A DNA stretch of 64,000 nt. Origin: an uncultured Gammaproteobacteria bacterium (lineage in GTDB: Bacteria > Pseudomonadota > Gammaproteobacteria > SZUA-229). Location of the stretch: the NCBI GenBank assembly GCA_963721085.1, contig CAVRHW010000021.1:65580-129579 (forward strand). Direction: 5' to 3'. Each line of letters begins with the position of its first letter. Positions within the stretch are counted from its first letter, which is position 1. The notes under the pieces were generated by a model. It saw only the letters and a list, made by a program, of their open reading frames with translations. It was not told the origin of the DNA and did no database searches. The translations under genes and the position numbers were made by a program. Shown piece by piece: positions 23,165-34,825 of this stretch.

Positions 23165-23851
23165 ATGGGACAAAAAGTACATCCTGTAGGTATCAGATTA
23201 GGTATTTCCGCAGACTGGAATTCCAAATGGTATGCGTCAACATCTGATTTCCCAGATCTGCTGAATGCCGATCTTAAGGTTCGTGAGTTTCTGAAAAAGA
23301 AACTGGCTAACGCTAACGTCAGCAAAATTCAGATTGAGCGTCCCACGCGTTCTGCTGAAATCACAATTCACACCGCGCGTCCTGGCGTTGTGATTGGTAA
23401 GAAAGGCGCAGACATTGAAAACCTGCGCAAGGAAGTCGCGGACATCATTGGCTTGCATATCAACAATGTCAAACTGAACATTGAAGAAATTCGCAAACCA
23501 GAGCTGGATGCACTGCTGGTGGCTGAAAGTATTACACAGCAGCTGGAACGCCGCGTTATGTTCCGTCGTGCCATGAAGCGCGCGATTCAGAACACCATGC
23601 GTATGGGCGCACAGGGCATCAAAATCATGGTCGGTGGTCGTTTGAACGGCGCCGAAATTGCACGTAGCGAAATGTATCATGAAGGTCGCGTACCTTTGCA
23701 TACTCTGCGTGCTGATATTGATTATGGCACCGCAGAGGCGTTGACCACCTATGGCATCATTGGTGTGAAGGTCTGGATTTACAAGGGTGAAGTATTCGAC
23801 CTCAATAAGAAGCGCGAAGAAGCGAAAGCAGCCGCTAAAAACGCAAGCTAA
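23165..23851 (+). CDS. rpsC: 30S ribosomal protein S3
   Basis: [14 protein letters not shown] ... KH domain ... [10 protein letters not shown]. Confidence 0.98.
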   Translation: MGQKVHPVGIRLGISADWNSKWYASTSDFPDLLNADLKVREFLKKKLANANVSKIQIERPTRSAEITIHTARPGVVIGKKGADIENLRKEVADIIGLHINNVKLNIEEIRKPELDALLVAESITQQLERRVMFRRAMKRAIQNTMRMGAQGIKIMVGGRLNGAEIARSEMYHEGRVPLHTLRADIDYGTAEALTTYGIIGVKVWIYKGEVFDLNKKREEAKAAAKNAS

Positions 23852-23870
23852 AGAATCAGAGGATAGTTAA

Positions 23871-24284
23871 GTGTTACAACCCAAGCGTACAAAATTTCGC
23901 AAGATGTTCAAGGGCAAGAACCGTGGCCTTGCACAGAACGGAAACAGAGTCAGTTTTGGAGACTTTGGTCTGAAAGCTGCTGAGCGTGGCAGATTAACCG
24001 CCCGCCAGATCGAGGCTGCACGTCGTGCCATGACGCGTCATATTAAGCGCGGCGGCAAAATCTGGATTCGCGTTTTTCCCGATGTGCCAATTTCGAGCAA
24101 GCCGCTTGAAGTACGTATGGGTAAGGGTAAAGGTAATGTTGATTACTGGGTGTCAAAAGTACAGCCTGGTAGCGTGTTGTATGAAATAGAAGGCGTGTCC
24201 GAAGAGCTTGCTCGCGAAGCCTTCAAGCTGGCAGCTGCAAAGCTGCCAATTAAAACCACATTTGTTGCACGTACGGTGATGTAA
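23871..24284 (+). CDS. rplP: 50S ribosomal protein L16
   Basis: [11 protein letters not shown] ... RMGKGKG; GTG start. Confidence 0.97.
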   Translation: MLQPKRTKFRKMFKGKNRGLAQNGNRVSFGDFGLKAAERGRLTARQIEAARRAMTRHIKRGGKIWIRVFPDVPISSKPLEVRMGKGKGNVDYWVSKVQPGSVLYEIEGVSEELAREAFKLAAAKLPIKTTFVARTVM

Positions 24285-24484
24285 TGGCTTCTGCACAAGA
24301 CTATAGAAAAATGTCCGAAAAGGACCTGGGTGAAGAACTCGTCAATCTGAGACGCGAGCAGTTCAATTTGCGTATGCAGATGGGTACAGGTAATACCCCG
24401 AAGACTCATCGTTTCGGTATTGTTCGTCGTGATATCGCACGTGTTAAAACCGTGCTTAATGAATTGAAAGCAGGTAAAGCATAA
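24284..24484 (+). CDS. rpmC: 50S ribosomal protein L29
   Basis: [10 protein letters not shown] motif; 66 aa; overlaps the rplP stop. Confidence 0.93.
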   Translation: MASAQDYRKMSEKDLGEELVNLRREQFNLRMQMGTGNTPKTHRFGIVRRDIARVKTVLNELKAGKA

Positions 24485-24783
24485 TGACTGCAACAGAAGC
24501 ACAGAAAACTGAAACAGCATCAACAGACGCGGTCGTACAACGTACGCTGACAGGTGCTGTCAGCAGCAACCTGATGGATAAGACAGTCACGGTAAAGATT
24601 GAACGCAAAATTAAGCACCCTGTATATGGCAAGTACATTAAACGTACCACCAGTATCCACGTGCATGATGAAAATAATGAATGCAGTAAAGGCGACGTTA
24701 TTATGATTGAGCAATGTCGTCCGATCTCAAAAACCAAGTCATGGCGACTGGTAAAGATTATAGAAAAGGCCGCTGTAGTTTAA
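24484..24783 (+). CDS. rpsQ: 30S ribosomal protein S17
   Basis: RTLTG.V.S..MDKT..V.IER...HP.YGK. Confidence 0.94.
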   Translation: MTATEAQKTETASTDAVVQRTLTGAVSSNLMDKTVTVKIERKIKHPVYGKYIKRTTSIHVHDENNECSKGDVIMIEQCRPISKTKSWRLVKIIEKAAVV

Positions 24784-24809
24784 TAACTACATAGTTACAG
24801 GAAGCAGAC

Positions 24810-25178
24810 ATGATACAGATGCAAACAGTTTTAAATGCTGCCGATAACAGCGGTGCACGTCGAGTACAGTGCATTAAAGTGCTCGGTGGTTCACATCGCC
24901 GGTATGCTTCGGTAGGTGATGTCATCAAGGTGAGCATTAAAGATGCAATTCCTCGTGGCAAGGTAAAAAAAGGCGAGGTTTATAACGCTGTGGTTGTTCG
25001 CACCACTAAAGGTGTGCGTAGACCTGACGGTTCACTGATTCGTTTTGATTCGAATGCAGCGGTGATCCTGAACAATAACCTGCAGCCAATCGGCACACGT
25101 ATCTTCGGGCCAGTAACGCGTGAACTTCGTAATGAGAAGTTTATGAAAATTATTTCGCTTGCGCCTGAAGTGCTCTGA
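24810..25178 (+). CDS. rplN: 50S ribosomal protein L14
   Basis: [17 protein letters not shown] ... 122 aa. Confidence 0.98.
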   Translation: MIQMQTVLNAADNSGARRVQCIKVLGGSHRRYASVGDVIKVSIKDAIPRGKVKKGEVYNAVVVRTTKGVRRPDGSLIRFDSNAAVILNNNLQPIGTRIFGPVTRELRNEKFMKIISLAPEVL

Positions 25179-25188
25179 GAGGTTTGAG

Positions 25189-25506
25189 ATGAATCGAATT
25201 CGTAAAGGCGACCAGGTTGTTGTTATCGCCGGTAAAGACAAAGGACGCCAGGGCCAGGTTCTGCGTGTTGATGCTGATGATCGCATCCTTGTTGAGGCCA
25301 TTAACATGGCCAAGAAACACGTGAAAGCAAATCCGCAGGCGGGTGTTGAAGGTGGCATCGTTGAAAAAGAAATGCCGCTGCATATCTCCAATGTAATGTT
25401 GTTGAATCCCGTGACCCAGAAAGGTGATCGCGTGGGTATCAAGGTACTTGAGGACGGCCATAAGGTGCGTTACTTCAAGTCGAATGGCGAAGTGGTCGAC
25501 ATATAG
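25189..25506 (+). CDS. rplX: 50S ribosomal protein L24
   Basis: [21 protein letters not shown] (KOW motif). Start taken at the ATG at 25189. Confidence 0.95.
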   Translation: MNRIRKGDQVVVIAGKDKGRQGQVLRVDADDRILVEAINMAKKHVKANPQAGVEGGIVEKEMPLHISNVMLLNPVTQKGDRVGIKVLEDGHKVRYFKSNGEVVDI

Positions 25507-25527
25507 TCGCCCGAACAGGTTTAAATC

Positions 25528-26070
25528 ATGACTACTAGATTAGAAGATTATTACCAGAACACTGTTATCAAGCAGCTGATGGAAGAGCGTGGGATGAAAA
25601 ATCCTAACGAAGTACCGCGCATTACCAAGATCACCATCAACATGGGTGTGGGCGAAGCGATTGCTGATAAAAAAGTTATCGAAAACGCAGTCAGCGACAT
25701 GGAAAAAATTTCTGGTCAGAAACCAGTGGTTACGCTTGCGCGTAAATCCGTGGCTTCATTCAAGGTACGTGATGGCTACCCGGTAGGCTGCAAGGTGACT
25801 TTGCGCCGTGCTCGTATGTACGAGTTTCTGGACAGACTGATCAATATTTCGATCCCACGTATTCGTGATTTCCGTGGCCTGAACCCAAAATCGTTCGATG
25901 GCCGTGGTAACTACAATATGGGCGTAAAAGAGCAGATTATTTTTCCGGAAATCGATTACGAAAAAATTGATGCGATTCGTGGTATGGACGTATGTATCAC
26001 CACCACGGCTAAAACAGATGAAGATGGTCGCGCTTTGCTTAAAGCGTTTAACTTTCCGTTTAAAGGTTAA
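25528..26070 (+). CDS. rplE: 50S ribosomal protein L5
   Basis: Conserved L5 sequence ([10 protein letters not shown] ... FRGL ... FDGRGNY). Confidence 0.97.
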   Translation: MTTRLEDYYQNTVIKQLMEERGMKNPNEVPRITKITINMGVGEAIADKKVIENAVSDMEKISGQKPVVTLARKSVASFKVRDGYPVGCKVTLRRARMYEFLDRLINISIPRIRDFRGLNPKSFDGRGNYNMGVKEQIIFPEIDYEKIDAIRGMDVCITTTAKTDEDGRALLKAFNFPFKG

Positions 26071-26075
26071 TTAGA

Positions 26076-26381
26076 ATGGCGAAACTCTCCATGAAAATGC
26101 GTGAGCTCAAACGCGCACAGCTGGTCAAGAAATATGCGGCTAAACGCGCAGGATTGCGCGCGGTGATCAACGATCAGACGTCTGATTTTGACGCCAAGAT
26201 GGACGCTCAGAAACAGTTGCAGACGATGCCGCGCGACTCAAGTGTTGTGCGCAAACGTAACCGCTGCCGCATTACCGGTAGACCGCATGGGGTGTATCGT
26301 AAATTTGGTCTGTGTCGCAACAAGCTTCGTGAAGCTGCGATGCGTGGTGATATCCCCGGTCTGGTTAAGGCCAGCTGGTAA
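26076..26381 (+). CDS. rpsN: 30S ribosomal protein S14
   Basis: RNRC..TGRPHG.YRKFGL.R...RE....G.IPG..KASW. Confidence 0.96.
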   Translation: MAKLSMKMRELKRAQLVKKYAAKRAGLRAVINDQTSDFDAKMDAQKQLQTMPRDSSVVRKRNRCRITGRPHGVYRKFGLCRNKLREAAMRGDIPGLVKASW

Positions 26382-26406
26382 TTAGATTTAGAACAGGTAT
26401 ACGATC

Positions 26407-26796
26407 ATGATGTCAGACCCGATTGCAGATATGTTGACCCGAATTCGTAATGGTCAATCTAGCAAAAAAATTAGCGTAAGCATGCCGGCTTCAAAGCTCA
26501 AGGCTTCGATTGCGGCCGTGCTGAAAGACCAGGGCTATGTTGCCGACTACAGCGTAACAAAAGATGCCAAGCCGACCATGGAAGTGGTGCTGAAATATTA
26601 TGAAGGCAAGCCGGTCATTGAGTCGCTGCATCGTGTATCACGTCCGGGCCTGCGTATTTACAAGTCTAAAGACGAAATTCCAAAAGTGCTCAATGGCCTT
26701 GGTATCGCGATTATTTCCACTTCTGCCGGTGTGATGACTGATCGCCAGGCACGTGAGAAAGGTCGCGGTGGCGAAGTTCTGTGTACGGTTTCTTAA
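26407..26796 (+). CDS. rpsH: 30S ribosomal protein S8
   Basis: [13 protein letters not shown] ... GGEVLC.V. Confidence 0.97.
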   Translation: MMSDPIADMLTRIRNGQSSKKISVSMPASKLKASIAAVLKDQGYVADYSVTKDAKPTMEVVLKYYEGKPVIESLHRVSRPGLRIYKSKDEIPKVLNGLGIAIISTSAGVMTDRQAREKGRGGEVLCTVS

Positions 26797-26834
26797 GATT
26801 ACGGACGCAATAAGTAGATTAACAGGTAAATGCA

Positions 26835-27369
26835 ATGTCACGTATAGCAAACAGTCCAGTAGAGATTCCTGCTGGTGTAGAAGTCAAGATTTCTGGCCAG
26901 TCGCTTGAAGTTAAGGGCAAAAAAGGCGTTATGAATCTTGAAGTGCATAACAAGGTTGAAGTTAAGCACGAAGGTAGTGAACTCAAGTTTGCTGGCCGTG
27001 AAGGCGAGCCTGATTCTGTCGCTATGGCCGGCACCATGCGTTCGCTTAGCAGCAATATGGTGAAAGGCGTTAGCGAAGGTTTTGAGAAAAAACTTGCGCT
27101 GGTTGGTGTGGGTTATCGTGCGCAGGCGCAGGGTAAGGTGCTTAATTTGTCGCTGGGTTTTTCACACCCGGTTGTGTACCAGGTGCCTGATGGTATTACG
27201 ATCGAAACACCATCGCAGACCGAGATCGTTGTGACTGGTTATCGATAAGCAAAAGGTTGGCCAGGTGTCTGCCGAAATTCGCGCTTATCGTCCACCAGAG
27301 CCCTACAAGGGCAAAGGCGTACGTTATGCGGACGAGCGCGTACTGCGCAAAGAAGCCAAGAAGAAATAA
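26835..27369 (+). CDS. rplF: 50S ribosomal protein L6, interrupted by an apparent 1-nt insertion near 27233-27248
   Basis: ORF 26835..27248 ends ...TEIVVTGYR*. The +1 frame continues [42 protein letters not shown] (a conserved L6 C-terminus), with TAA at 27367-27369. Confidence 0.93.
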
Positions 27370-27406
27370 CGGCATAAGTACTAACAGAGTTTAATCGAGC
27401 GATAAC

Positions 27407-27764
27407 ATGAATTCGAAAAAGTCCAGCAGACTGCGCAGAGCAAAACGTTCGCGCATTAAGATCAGCGAACTGGGTGCGCATCGCCTCAGCATTCACAGAA
27501 CGCCGCGCCATATTTATGCGCAGGTGATTTCGCCCGATGGCCGTACTGTCATTGCGGCAGCATCGACTGTGCAAAAAGATGTGAAAAGCGATGTGAAGTA
27601 CACAGGTAATGTTGATGCTGCAGTCGTTGTGGGCAAAAACATTGCAGAGAAATCTAGGTCAGCCGGTATTACTCGAGGTGGCTTTTGATCGCTCTGGTTT
27701 CAAGTTTCATGGCAGAGTCAAAGCGCTTGCTGATGCTGCGCGCGAAGCTGGTCTTGAGTTTTAA
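27407..27764 (+). CDS. rplR: 50S ribosomal protein L18, interrupted by an apparent 1-nt insertion near 27668-27688
   Basis: ORF 27407..27688 ends ...AGITRGGF*. The +1 frame reads [29 protein letters not shown] (a conserved L18 C-terminus). Confidence 0.93.
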
Positions 27765-27773
27765 CAGGATTGA

Positions 27774-28283
27774 ATGATGGCAAAAATTGAACAGAATAGC
27801 GCTAAAGACGATCTGATTGAAAAACTGGTTGCGGTAAATCGCGTTGCCAAAGTTGTTAAAGGTGGCCGCCAGTTTGGTTTTACCGCGCTGACCGTGGTCG
27901 GTGATGGTAACGGTAAGGTTGGTTTTGGTTATGGCAAGGCAAAAGAAGTACCGCAGGCCATCCAGAAAGCAATGGATAAGGCACGTAAGAACATGACCAA
28001 GATCGCCCTCAATGGCGATACTTTGCAGCACCCGGTCACAGGTATGCATGGCGCAGCGAATGTTTACATGCAGCCTGCATCTGAAGGTACCGGTATTATT
28101 GCCGGTGGTGCGATGCGCGCAGTATTTGAAGCCGTTGGCGTTAACAACGTACTTGCAAAAATTAATGGTACGCGTAATCCGGTCAATGTTGTTCGCGCAA
28201 CAATCAATGGCCTGGTTTCGATGACATCGCCATCCTATGTCGCAGCCAAGCGCGGCAAGAAAGTCGAAGAAATACTCGGCTAG
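27774..28283 (+). CDS. rpsE: 30S ribosomal protein S5
   Basis: [31 protein letters not shown]. Confidence 0.97.
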   Translation: MMAKIEQNSAKDDLIEKLVAVNRVAKVVKGGRQFGFTALTVVGDGNGKVGFGYGKAKEVPQAIQKAMDKARKNMTKIALNGDTLQHPVTGMHGAANVYMQPASEGTGIIAGGAMRAVFEAVGVNNVLAKINGTRNPVNVVRATINGLVSMTSPSYVAAKRGKKVEEILG

Positions 28284-28306
28284 ACTGAAACAGCAGGAAT
28301 AATACA

Positions 28307-28492
28307 GTGGCTAGTAAAGAACTTAAATTAACGCAGACCAAGAGCACCATAGGTCGTCTTGCCTCGCATAAAGCGTGTCTTAAGGGCCTGGGTTTACGCC
28401 GTCCACACCATTCAGTCACCGTGAAAGACACGCCGGAAAATCGCGGCATGATCAATAAAGTGTCTTACATGCTGACGGTCGAGGAGATTTAA
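28307..28492 (+). CDS. rpmD: 50S ribosomal protein L30
   Basis: 61 aa; LGLRR.....V..DTP..RGMI.KV; operon position. Confidence 0.93.
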   Translation: MASKELKLTQTKSTIGRLASHKACLKGLGLRRPHHSVTVKDTPENRGMINKVSYMLTVEEI

Positions 28493-28494
28493 TC

Positions 28495-28928
28495 ATGCAA
28501 CTTAATAATCTCAGCCCAGCAGAAGGTTCGCAAAAACCGGCAAGCGCGTTGGTCGCGGTATTGGTAGTGGCCTGGGTAAAACCGGTGGTCGTGGCCATAA
28601 AGGTCAGAAATCACGTTCCGGCGGTTTTCACAAGGTCGGTTTTGAAGGCGGTCAGATGCCTTTGCAACGCCGTTTGCCCAAAGTCGGTTTTGCCTCGCGT
28701 TCGGCCAGAACCAGCGCCGAAGTGCGTTTGCACGAATTGAATAATATGACGGCTGAAGTGATCGATGTCGCCGCTTTGATTGCCGCCGATATCGTACCTA
28801 TGGGTACATTGAAAGCAAAAGTGATCGCGTCTGGTGAAGTCACCAAAGCGGTTACCCTTAAAGGTGTTGCAGTGACTCCTGGTGCACGCAAGGCCATTGA
28901 AGCAGCTGGCGGCAGTATTCAGGCTTAA
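28495..28928 (+). CDS. rplO: 50S ribosomal protein L15, interrupted by an apparent 1-nt deletion in an A-run at 28532-28536
   Basis: [14 protein letters not shown] is in the first frame. [30 protein letters not shown] ... EAAGGSIQA is in the frame of ORF 28656..28928. Confidence 0.93.
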
Positions 28929-28945
28929 ACGAGAAGCACTGGCCT

Positions 28946-30254
28946 ATGAAATCGCTTGGACATATGCAGGAACTCAAGCAGCGGCTGTTGTTTGTACTCG
29001 GAGCTTTGATTGTATTTCGCATCGGTGCTTATATCCCGGTGCCGGGGATTGATCCCCATGTATTGTCGACGCTGTTCGATCAGCAAAAAGGCAGTATTCT
29101 CGGTGTGTTTAACATGTTCTCCGGCGGTGCGCTGGGACGTATGTCGATTTTTGCACTGGGCATCATGCCGTATATTTCGGCGTCGATTATCATTCAGTTG
29201 CTGTCCGTTACCATGCCGCAGCTGGAACAGATTAAAAATGAAGGTGAATCGGGCCGTCGCAAGATTGCGATGTACACGCGGTATTTCACCCTGGTGCTGG
29301 CCAGCTTCCAGTCGGTCGGTATTTCGATCGCACTGCAGAGCCAGTCGGTAGGCGCCAAAGCGCTGGTGATCAACCCGGGTATCGGCTTTGTGTTCACCGC
29401 GGCGGTAACTCTGGTGACAGGAACCATGTTCCTGATGTGGCTGGGTGAGCAGGTGACCGAACGTGGTATCGGCAACGGTATATCGGTGATTATTTTCGCA
29501 GGGATTGTTGCAGGTCTGCCCCGAGCAGTTGGCGGTACCCTGGAACTGGTCAGAACCGGCGAGCTGCACACACTGGCGGCACTGGTAGTATTCGCGATTG
29601 CGGTGCTGGTGACCGGTTTTGTGGTGTTTATCGAGCGTGGCCAGCGCCGAATTACGGTGAACTATGCCAAGCGCCAGCAGGGTCGACGCCTGTATGCCGC
29701 GCAGAGCAGCCATTTGCCGTTGAAGCTGAACATGGCCGGGGTAATTCCGCCGATTTTTGCTTCCAGTATTATTTTGTTCCCGGCAACGCTGGCGAGCTGG
29801 TTTGGCCAGTCACCCGGCATGGAATGGCTGGCTAATTTCGCCAGCATGCTGTCACCGGGGCAGCCGATTTACGTCATATTGTATGCACTGGCGATTATAT
29901 TTTTCGCCTTCTTTTATACCGCGCTGCAGTTTAATTCGCGCGATACGGCGGACAATTTGAAGAAATCGGGCGCGTTTATTCCGGGTATATCGTCCGGGTG
30001 AGCAGACGGCCAAATACATAGACAAGGTCATGACCCGACTGACCTTTGTCGGCGCGATCTACATCACCATCGTGTGTTTGCTGCCGGAGTTTTTGATTTT
30101 GTACTGGCATGTACCCTTCTATTTTGGCGGTACATCCCTGCTGATTATCGTGGTCGTGGTGATGGACTTTATGGCTCAGATCCAGACCCATATGATGTCG
30201 CACCAGTACGAAGGGATAATGAAAAAGGCCAATCTTCAGAACTATGGCCGTTGA
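28946..30254 (+). CDS. secY: preprotein translocase subunit SecY, interrupted by an apparent 1-nt insertion near 29985-30001
   Basis: ORF 28946..30001 ends ...[13 protein letters not shown]. The +1 frame continues [25 protein letters not shown] ... [23 protein letters not shown] (a conserved SecY C-terminus). Confidence 0.95.
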
Positions 30255-30320
30255 TAAGACTTTGATTTACAAGTCTTAATACAGAATTTGACAGAAATCG
30301 GTGCTAACCGGAGACAGAAA

Positions 30321-30434
30321 ATGAAAGTTCGTGCATCAGTTAAAAAAATGTGCCGCAACTGCAAGGTGATCAAGCGTCATGGCGTATTGCGCGTGATCTG
30401 TAGTGATCCTCGCCACAAACAGCGCCAGGGCTGA
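30321..30434 (+). CDS. rpmJ: 50S ribosomal protein L36
   Basis: Hand-translated as [37 protein letters not shown]. It falls below the ORF-track length cutoff. Confidence 0.93.
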   Translation: MKVRASVKKMCRNCKVIKRHGVLRVICSDPRHKQRQG

Positions 30435-30528
30435 GCACGGCTGCCCGTGTTTGCTTTGATCGCGTTTGATTTAAAACAGTAATCTAAGTACAATTGCGCG
30501 CTTTGTCGCGCACAGACGGAAACGATAA

Positions 30529-30885
30529 ATGGCTCGTATAGCTGGTATAAATATTCCACCCAACAAGCACACAGTGATTGGCTTGACGCATATCTATGGC
30601 ATCGGAAAAACCCGTGCCATGCAGGTTTGCGAGGCTTCTCAGATAGCTCCCGACAAGAAAATCGGCGAGCTTTCCGAAGAACAGCTGGAAGTGCTGCGTA
30701 CCGAAGTGGGCAGACACATGGTCGAAGGTGACCTGCGTCGCGAAGTATCAATGAGTATCAAGCGCCTGATGGATATGGGCTGCTACCGTGGTATTCGCCA
30801 TCGTAAGAGCCTGCCTCTGCGTGGCCAACGTACCCGTACCAATGCGCGCACCCGTAAAGGTCCGCGTCGATCCGTTACCAAATAA
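30529..30885 (+). CDS. rpsM: 30S ribosomal protein S13
   Basis: [20 protein letters not shown]. Confidence 0.97.
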   Translation: MARIAGINIPPNKHTVIGLTHIYGIGKTRAMQVCEASQIAPDKKIGELSEEQLEVLRTEVGRHMVEGDLRREVSMSIKRLMDMGCYRGIRHRKSLPLRGQRTRTNARTRKGPRRSVTK

Positions 30886-30898
30886 ATAGAGTATCAAG

Positions 30899-31282
30899 AT
30901 GGCAAAGCCTGAAGCACGTAAAAAAATTAAACGCTCGGTCACCGACGGTGTTGCGCATATATTCGCGTCATTCAACAACACCATAGTGACCATCACTGAT
31001 CGCCAGGGCAATGCACTCGCCTGGGCGACCTCGGGTGGTTCGGGTTTCCGTGGTTCACGCAAGAGCACACCGTTCGCGGCCCAGGTCGCTGCTGAAAAAG
31101 CCGGCATCAGGGCCCAGGAATACGGTATGAAGAATCTGGACGTCATGGTCAAAGGTCCCGGACCTGGCCGTGAGTCTGCAGTACGTGCACTCAATAATGC
31201 AGGTTTCAAGATTACCAACATTACTGATGTCACCCCTATACCCCATAACGGTTGCCGTCCGCCCAAGCGACGTCGCGTTTAG
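30899..31282 (+). CDS. rpsK: 30S ribosomal protein S11
   Basis: [24 protein letters not shown]. Confidence 0.97.
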   Translation: MAKPEARKKIKRSVTDGVAHIFASFNNTIVTITDRQGNALAWATSGGSGFRGSRKSTPFAAQVAAEKAGIRAQEYGMKNLDVMVKGPGPGRESAVRALNNAGFKITNITDVTPIPHNGCRPPKRRRV

Positions 31283-31305
31283 TCTGTAAGACTGGAGATT
31301 TTTAA

Positions 31306-31926
31306 GTGGCCAAATATACCGGACCAAAATGTAAGCTCAGCCGTCGTGAAGGCGTTGACCTTGAACTGAAATCCTCACTGCGTCCGCTGGAAAGCAAGTG
31401 CAAGCTGGACCAGATCCCGGGTCAGCACGGTGCACGTCGCGGTCGTTTATCGGATTACGCATTACAGTTGCGCGAAAAGCAGAAGCTGCGTCGTATCTAC
31501 GGTGTACTCGAGCGCCAGTTCAGAAATTACTATAAAGAAGCGGCTCACCTCAAAGGCGCCACCGGCGAAACCTTGCTGCAGTTGCTGGAAACCCGTCTCG
31601 ACAACGTGGTCTATCGTGCAGGTTTTGGCGCCACCCGTGCGGAAGCGCGCCAGCTGGTGAACCATAAATGCATCACGGTCAATAATGTCGTAGTCAACAT
31701 TGCGTCTTATCGCGTTAGCCCGAACGATGTCGTTGCGGTGCGCGAAAAAGCCAAAAAGCAGACCCGCATTGCAGATTCGCTCAACATGGCCAAGCAAAAA
31801 GGCATCGTTGACTGGATTTCACTGGACGAGACCAAACTCGAAGCCGTTTTCAGGAACGTGCCAGAGCGCAGCGATTTACCACCCGACATTAACGAACAAC
31901 TCGTCGTGGAACTTTACTCCAAGTAG
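31306..31926 (+). CDS. rpsD: 30S ribosomal protein S4
   Basis: [16 protein letters not shown] ... S4 domain; GTG start. Confidence 0.97.
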   Translation: MAKYTGPKCKLSRREGVDLELKSSLRPLESKCKLDQIPGQHGARRGRLSDYALQLREKQKLRRIYGVLERQFRNYYKEAAHLKGATGETLLQLLETRLDNVVYRAGFGATRAEARQLVNHKCITVNNVVVNIASYRVSPNDVVAVREKAKKQTRIADSLNMAKQKGIVDWISLDETKLEAVFRNVPERSDLPPDINEQLVVELYSK

Positions 31927-31939
31927 GGGAATACAAGGC

Positions 31940-32920
31940 ATGTCTGAAGATTTACTTACACCCAGAACCATCAACGTCCAGGCGTATAGTGCAACCCATG
32001 CAAAAGTTGCGCTCGAACCGCTGGAGCGTGGTTTTGGTCATACTCTGGGTAACGCCTTACGCCGCATTCTGCTTTCTTCCATCGAAGGCAGCGCTGTTAT
32101 TGAAGCGGTCATTGATGGCGTGGTACACGAATACAGCACGATCGATGGTGTTCAGGAAGATGTTCTCGAAATCCTGCTCAACCTCAAAGGCATCGCTCTG
32201 CGCATGCACGCCAATAACGAAGGCACCATTACCCTGAACGCTTCAGGCGCAGGTGTGGTTACGGCGGGCATGATCGAAACGGGTCACGATATCGAAATCG
32301 TAAACCCTGATCACGTGATTGCTAATCTGAACAAGGATGGCAAGCTCAATATCACCATGCGTGTTGCCAAGGGCCGCGGTTATCAACCGGCTTCGCATCG
32401 TCAGGCCGATGAGTCTGCAGCGATTGGCACACTGCGTCTGGATGCATCGTTTTCACCGATCCGTCGTGTGGCCTACAATGTAGAAAGCGCGCGTGTTGCA
32501 CAGAGCACCAACCTGGACAAACTGATCATCGATCTGGAAACCAACGGTACCGTAGATCCAGAAAGCGCAATCCGTACTGCAGCTACCATTCTGCAGGACC
32601 AGTTGTCTTCATTCGTGAATCTGCAGACCATGGAAGACGAATCACCGGTTGATGAAGATGCGGATATCGATCCAATCCTGCTGCGTCCGGTTGATGAACT
32701 CGAACTGACAGTTCGCTCTGCCAACTGTCTGAAAGCAGAAAATATTTACTACATCGGTGATCTGATTCAGCGCACCGAAGTTGAATTACTCAGAACGCCT
32801 AACCTTGGCAAAAAGTCACTGACCGAAATCAAGGACGTTCTGGCATCACATGGCCTGTCGCTGGGTATTCAGTTGGAAAACTGGCCACCGGCTTCGCTGC
32901 GTGACAAAGAAGCGATTTAA
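31940..32920 (+). CDS. rpoA: DNA-directed RNA polymerase subunit alpha
   Basis: Contains [23 protein letters not shown]. Start taken at the ATG at 31940 inside the longer ORF 31700..32920. Confidence 0.97.
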   Translation: MSEDLLTPRTINVQAYSATHAKVALEPLERGFGHTLGNALRRILLSSIEGSAVIEAVIDGVVHEYSTIDGVQEDVLEILLNLKGIALRMHANNEGTITLNASGAGVVTAGMIETGHDIEIVNPDHVIANLNKDGKLNITMRVAKGRGYQPASHRQADESAAIGTLRLDASFSPIRRVAYNVESARVAQSTNLDKLIIDLETNGTVDPESAIRTAATILQDQLSSFVNLQTMEDESPVDEDADIDPILLRPVDELELTVRSANCLKAENIYYIGDLIQRTEVELLRTPNLGKKSLTEIKDVLASHGLSLGIQLENWPPASLRDKEAI

Positions 32921-32954
32921 ACAGTTACAGCTCGTATAACAACAGGTATTTATC

Positions 32955-33311
32955 ATGCGTCATCGCAAATCAGGCCGTCAGCTAAACCGTAACAGCAGTC
33001 ATCGCAAAGCGATGTTCAGCAATATGGCGACATCGTTGATCGAGCACGGCATTATCAAAACCACATTGCCAAAAGCCAAAGAGCTGCGTCGCGTGGCTGA
33101 GCCATTAATTACCCTGGCCAAGGAAGACTCGGTTGCCAAACGCCGCCTGGCTTTCTCACGTCTGGGTGACAAGGCTGCTGTTGGCAAGCTGTTCAATGAA
33201 CTGGGTCCTAAATACAAGGAACGCAACGGTGGTTACACACGCATCATGAAATGCGGTTTCCGCAGCGGCGATGTTGCGCCGATGGCTTACATCGAACTGG
33301 TCGATCGTTAA
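32955..33311 (+). CDS. rplQ: 50S ribosomal protein L17
   Basis: [22 protein letters not shown]. Confidence 0.97.
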   Translation: MRHRKSGRQLNRNSSHRKAMFSNMATSLIEHGIIKTTLPKAKELRRVAEPLITLAKEDSVAKRRLAFSRLGDKAAVGKLFNELGPKYKERNGGYTRIMKCGFRSGDVAPMAYIELVDR

Positions 33312-33334
33312 ACCTGTTTGTTAAGGTCTAAATA

Positions 33335-33362
33335 AAAAGCCGATCTTTGATCGGCTTTTTTT
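33335..33362. terminator. bidirectional rho-independent terminator after rplQ
   Basis: AGCCGATC-ttt-GATCGGCT hairpin flanked by an A-run and a T-run. Confidence 0.75.
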
Positions 33363-33373
33363 GTGCATGACGA

Positions 33374-33754
33374 TTACCCCTGGTCGCCATGCTTTTCCTG
33401 CTGCGCGATGATGTTCTTCAGTTGCTCCGCGTTGTTGCAATAATCGATGTCATTTGCATCGACGCTTTTCTCATGTAGTTTTTCATCGCAGATATCGTTA
33501 TGGTCACAGTCGCGGCAGCGCTGAATGTGCTGGTGTATATCTCGCGTTTTTTGCTGGTGTAGATACAGTTCGCGATTGATACCGAGTGCTGCCAGCATCC
33601 GGTCCAGTCGCAGGCTGGAAAGTTCGGCACGCAGTGCCTGGCGATAGGTCCTGCCGATGATCACATTATTGCGGATGCGCAGCATCAGCCTGACAATGAA
33701 ATACCCGAGCGCAAGCCCCAGGGCGGTGGTAACGATCATGGCAGCAGGATTCAT
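33374..33754 (-). CDS. small membrane-anchored Cys/His-rich protein of unknown function
   Basis: N-terminal TM helix, then HIQRCRDCDHNDICDEKLHEK ... DYCNN. No family assigned. Confidence 0.5.
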   Translation of the reverse strand: MNPAAMIVTTALGLALGYFIVRLMLRIRNNVIIGRTYRQALRAELSSLRLDRMLAALGINRELYLHQQKTRDIHQHIQRCRDCDHNDICDEKLHEKSVDANDIDYCNNAEQLKNIIAQQEKHGDQG

Positions 33755-33819
33755 GACCGAGAAATATAAGACCGGCCTGCCTCAGGTGGTTTGACCTGAG
33801 TCAGTTATTCTGCGTTTTG

Positions 33820-34782
33820 TTAAAACTCGGCGGCTTCGACTTCCGCGTAGGCCTGCACACCCTGGCGACCGATCTCGTCTTTATAGCCGGACCAGTTTTT
33901 GAAAGCCGTCGTGCTTTTCTCGGCGATGGGCCTGACGTCGCTGCTGTCCATATCCTTTTCAAAAGCCTGTTTTGCCGCCAGGTACACAGCTGTTAAATAA
34001 CGACGGTAGTTCAGTGGTACTGACTTTGTGCCGCCGGGGCCGTGACCGGGGATAAAATAGACCGCATCGGTGGCCAGCGCCATATCAATCGCTTCGATAT
34101 TGCCAGTAAAACTGCCATCGGTTATACGTAAGATACGCTGGTTGCCGACATTGTCGCCGAGAAACATCAGGCGGTCCTGTGCTACTTCGATCATGATATC
34201 GGTTTTGGTGTGCGCCTTCTTTTCGCTATGGTAAATGCGAAAATCGGTATCACCAATTTTTATCGTTTCGCCATTCAGTACAGCCGTGTTCGGTATCACA
34301 GCCACGGTACCTTTGCTCGCACCTTTGGTCAGGGTGTACATGAGCTTGACCCAGTCATCCGCAGCGCCGGCTTTGGCTTCGGCTATCATCTCCGGGTGGG
34401 CAAATATGCGCACGTTGGGATAAGCGTTTACGATGGCCTGATTTCCCAGCCAGTGATCGCCGTGAATATGGGTATTGAATACCGCCACCACCGGTTGCGG
34501 TGTAATTTTTTTCAGTACGCGCAAAACCATTTCGCCGGTCTCGAGGGTGGAGCCGGGGTCAACAATGACAGCACCCTGCGTGGTGAGCACAATACCCGGG
34601 TTATTCATGAAGCCCTGGTTTTTGGGATTGGGTAATTCTGTCGGGCCAAGGATCACCCAGACCCGCGTGCTCACCTGCTGTGCGGGATAGTCGGGAACGG
34701 GCGCAGCTTCAACGCTGTTGAAACAGGCGGTGTTCAACAGCAAGACCAGTGCTGTCAATGTAATATATTTTAAATGGTGCAT
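33820..34782 (-). CDS. periplasmic MBL-fold metallo-hydrolase
   Basis: Signal peptide and the HIHGDHWLG (HxHxDH) metallo-beta-lactamase motif. Confidence 0.8.
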   Translation of the reverse strand: MHHLKYITLTALVLLLNTACFNSVEAAPVPDYPAQQVSTRVWVILGPTELPNPKNQGFMNNPGIVLTTQGAVIVDPGSTLETGEMVLRVLKKITPQPVVAVFNTHIHGDHWLGNQAIVNAYPNVRIFAHPEMIAEAKAGAADDWVKLMYTLTKGASKGTVAVIPNTAVLNGETIKIGDTDFRIYHSEKKAHTKTDIMIEVAQDRLMFLGDNVGNQRILRITDGSFTGNIEAIDMALATDAVYFIPGHGPGGTKSVPLNYRRYLTAVYLAAKQAFEKDMDSSDVRPIAEKSTTAFKNWSGYKDEIGRQGVQAYAEVEAAEF

Positions 34783-34825
34783 ATGGGTGTGTTCTATCTG
34801 TGAGTTTAAATATTAATACTAATAG

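Noticed and set aside
28925-29713. 262-aa ORF antisense to secY. Similar long antisense ORFs are 18757..19416 (tuf), 13812..14558 (glnS), 34877..35752 and 36927..37691 (uvrA), 38250..38813 (MFS), 50390..50986 (GspE ATPase), 5928..6602 (citrate synthase), 15426..15995 (coaX), 16149..16730 (coaX 3' end and SPOR gene) and 56889..57623 (OMP/FTR1).
   Set aside because: Each lies entirely opposite a strongly supported conserved gene. They have low-complexity, Arg/His/Gln-rich compositions typical of antisense frames in ~50% GC DNA, and no recognisable motifs or ribosome-binding sites.
26835-30254. Programmed ribosomal frameshifting or genuine pseudogenes as the explanation for the broken rplF, rplR, rplO and secY.
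   Set aside because: No slippery heptamers or stimulatory structures are evident at the sites. These genes are essential, and the same kind of break occurs in unrelated genes throughout the window. Sequence error is far more parsimonious.
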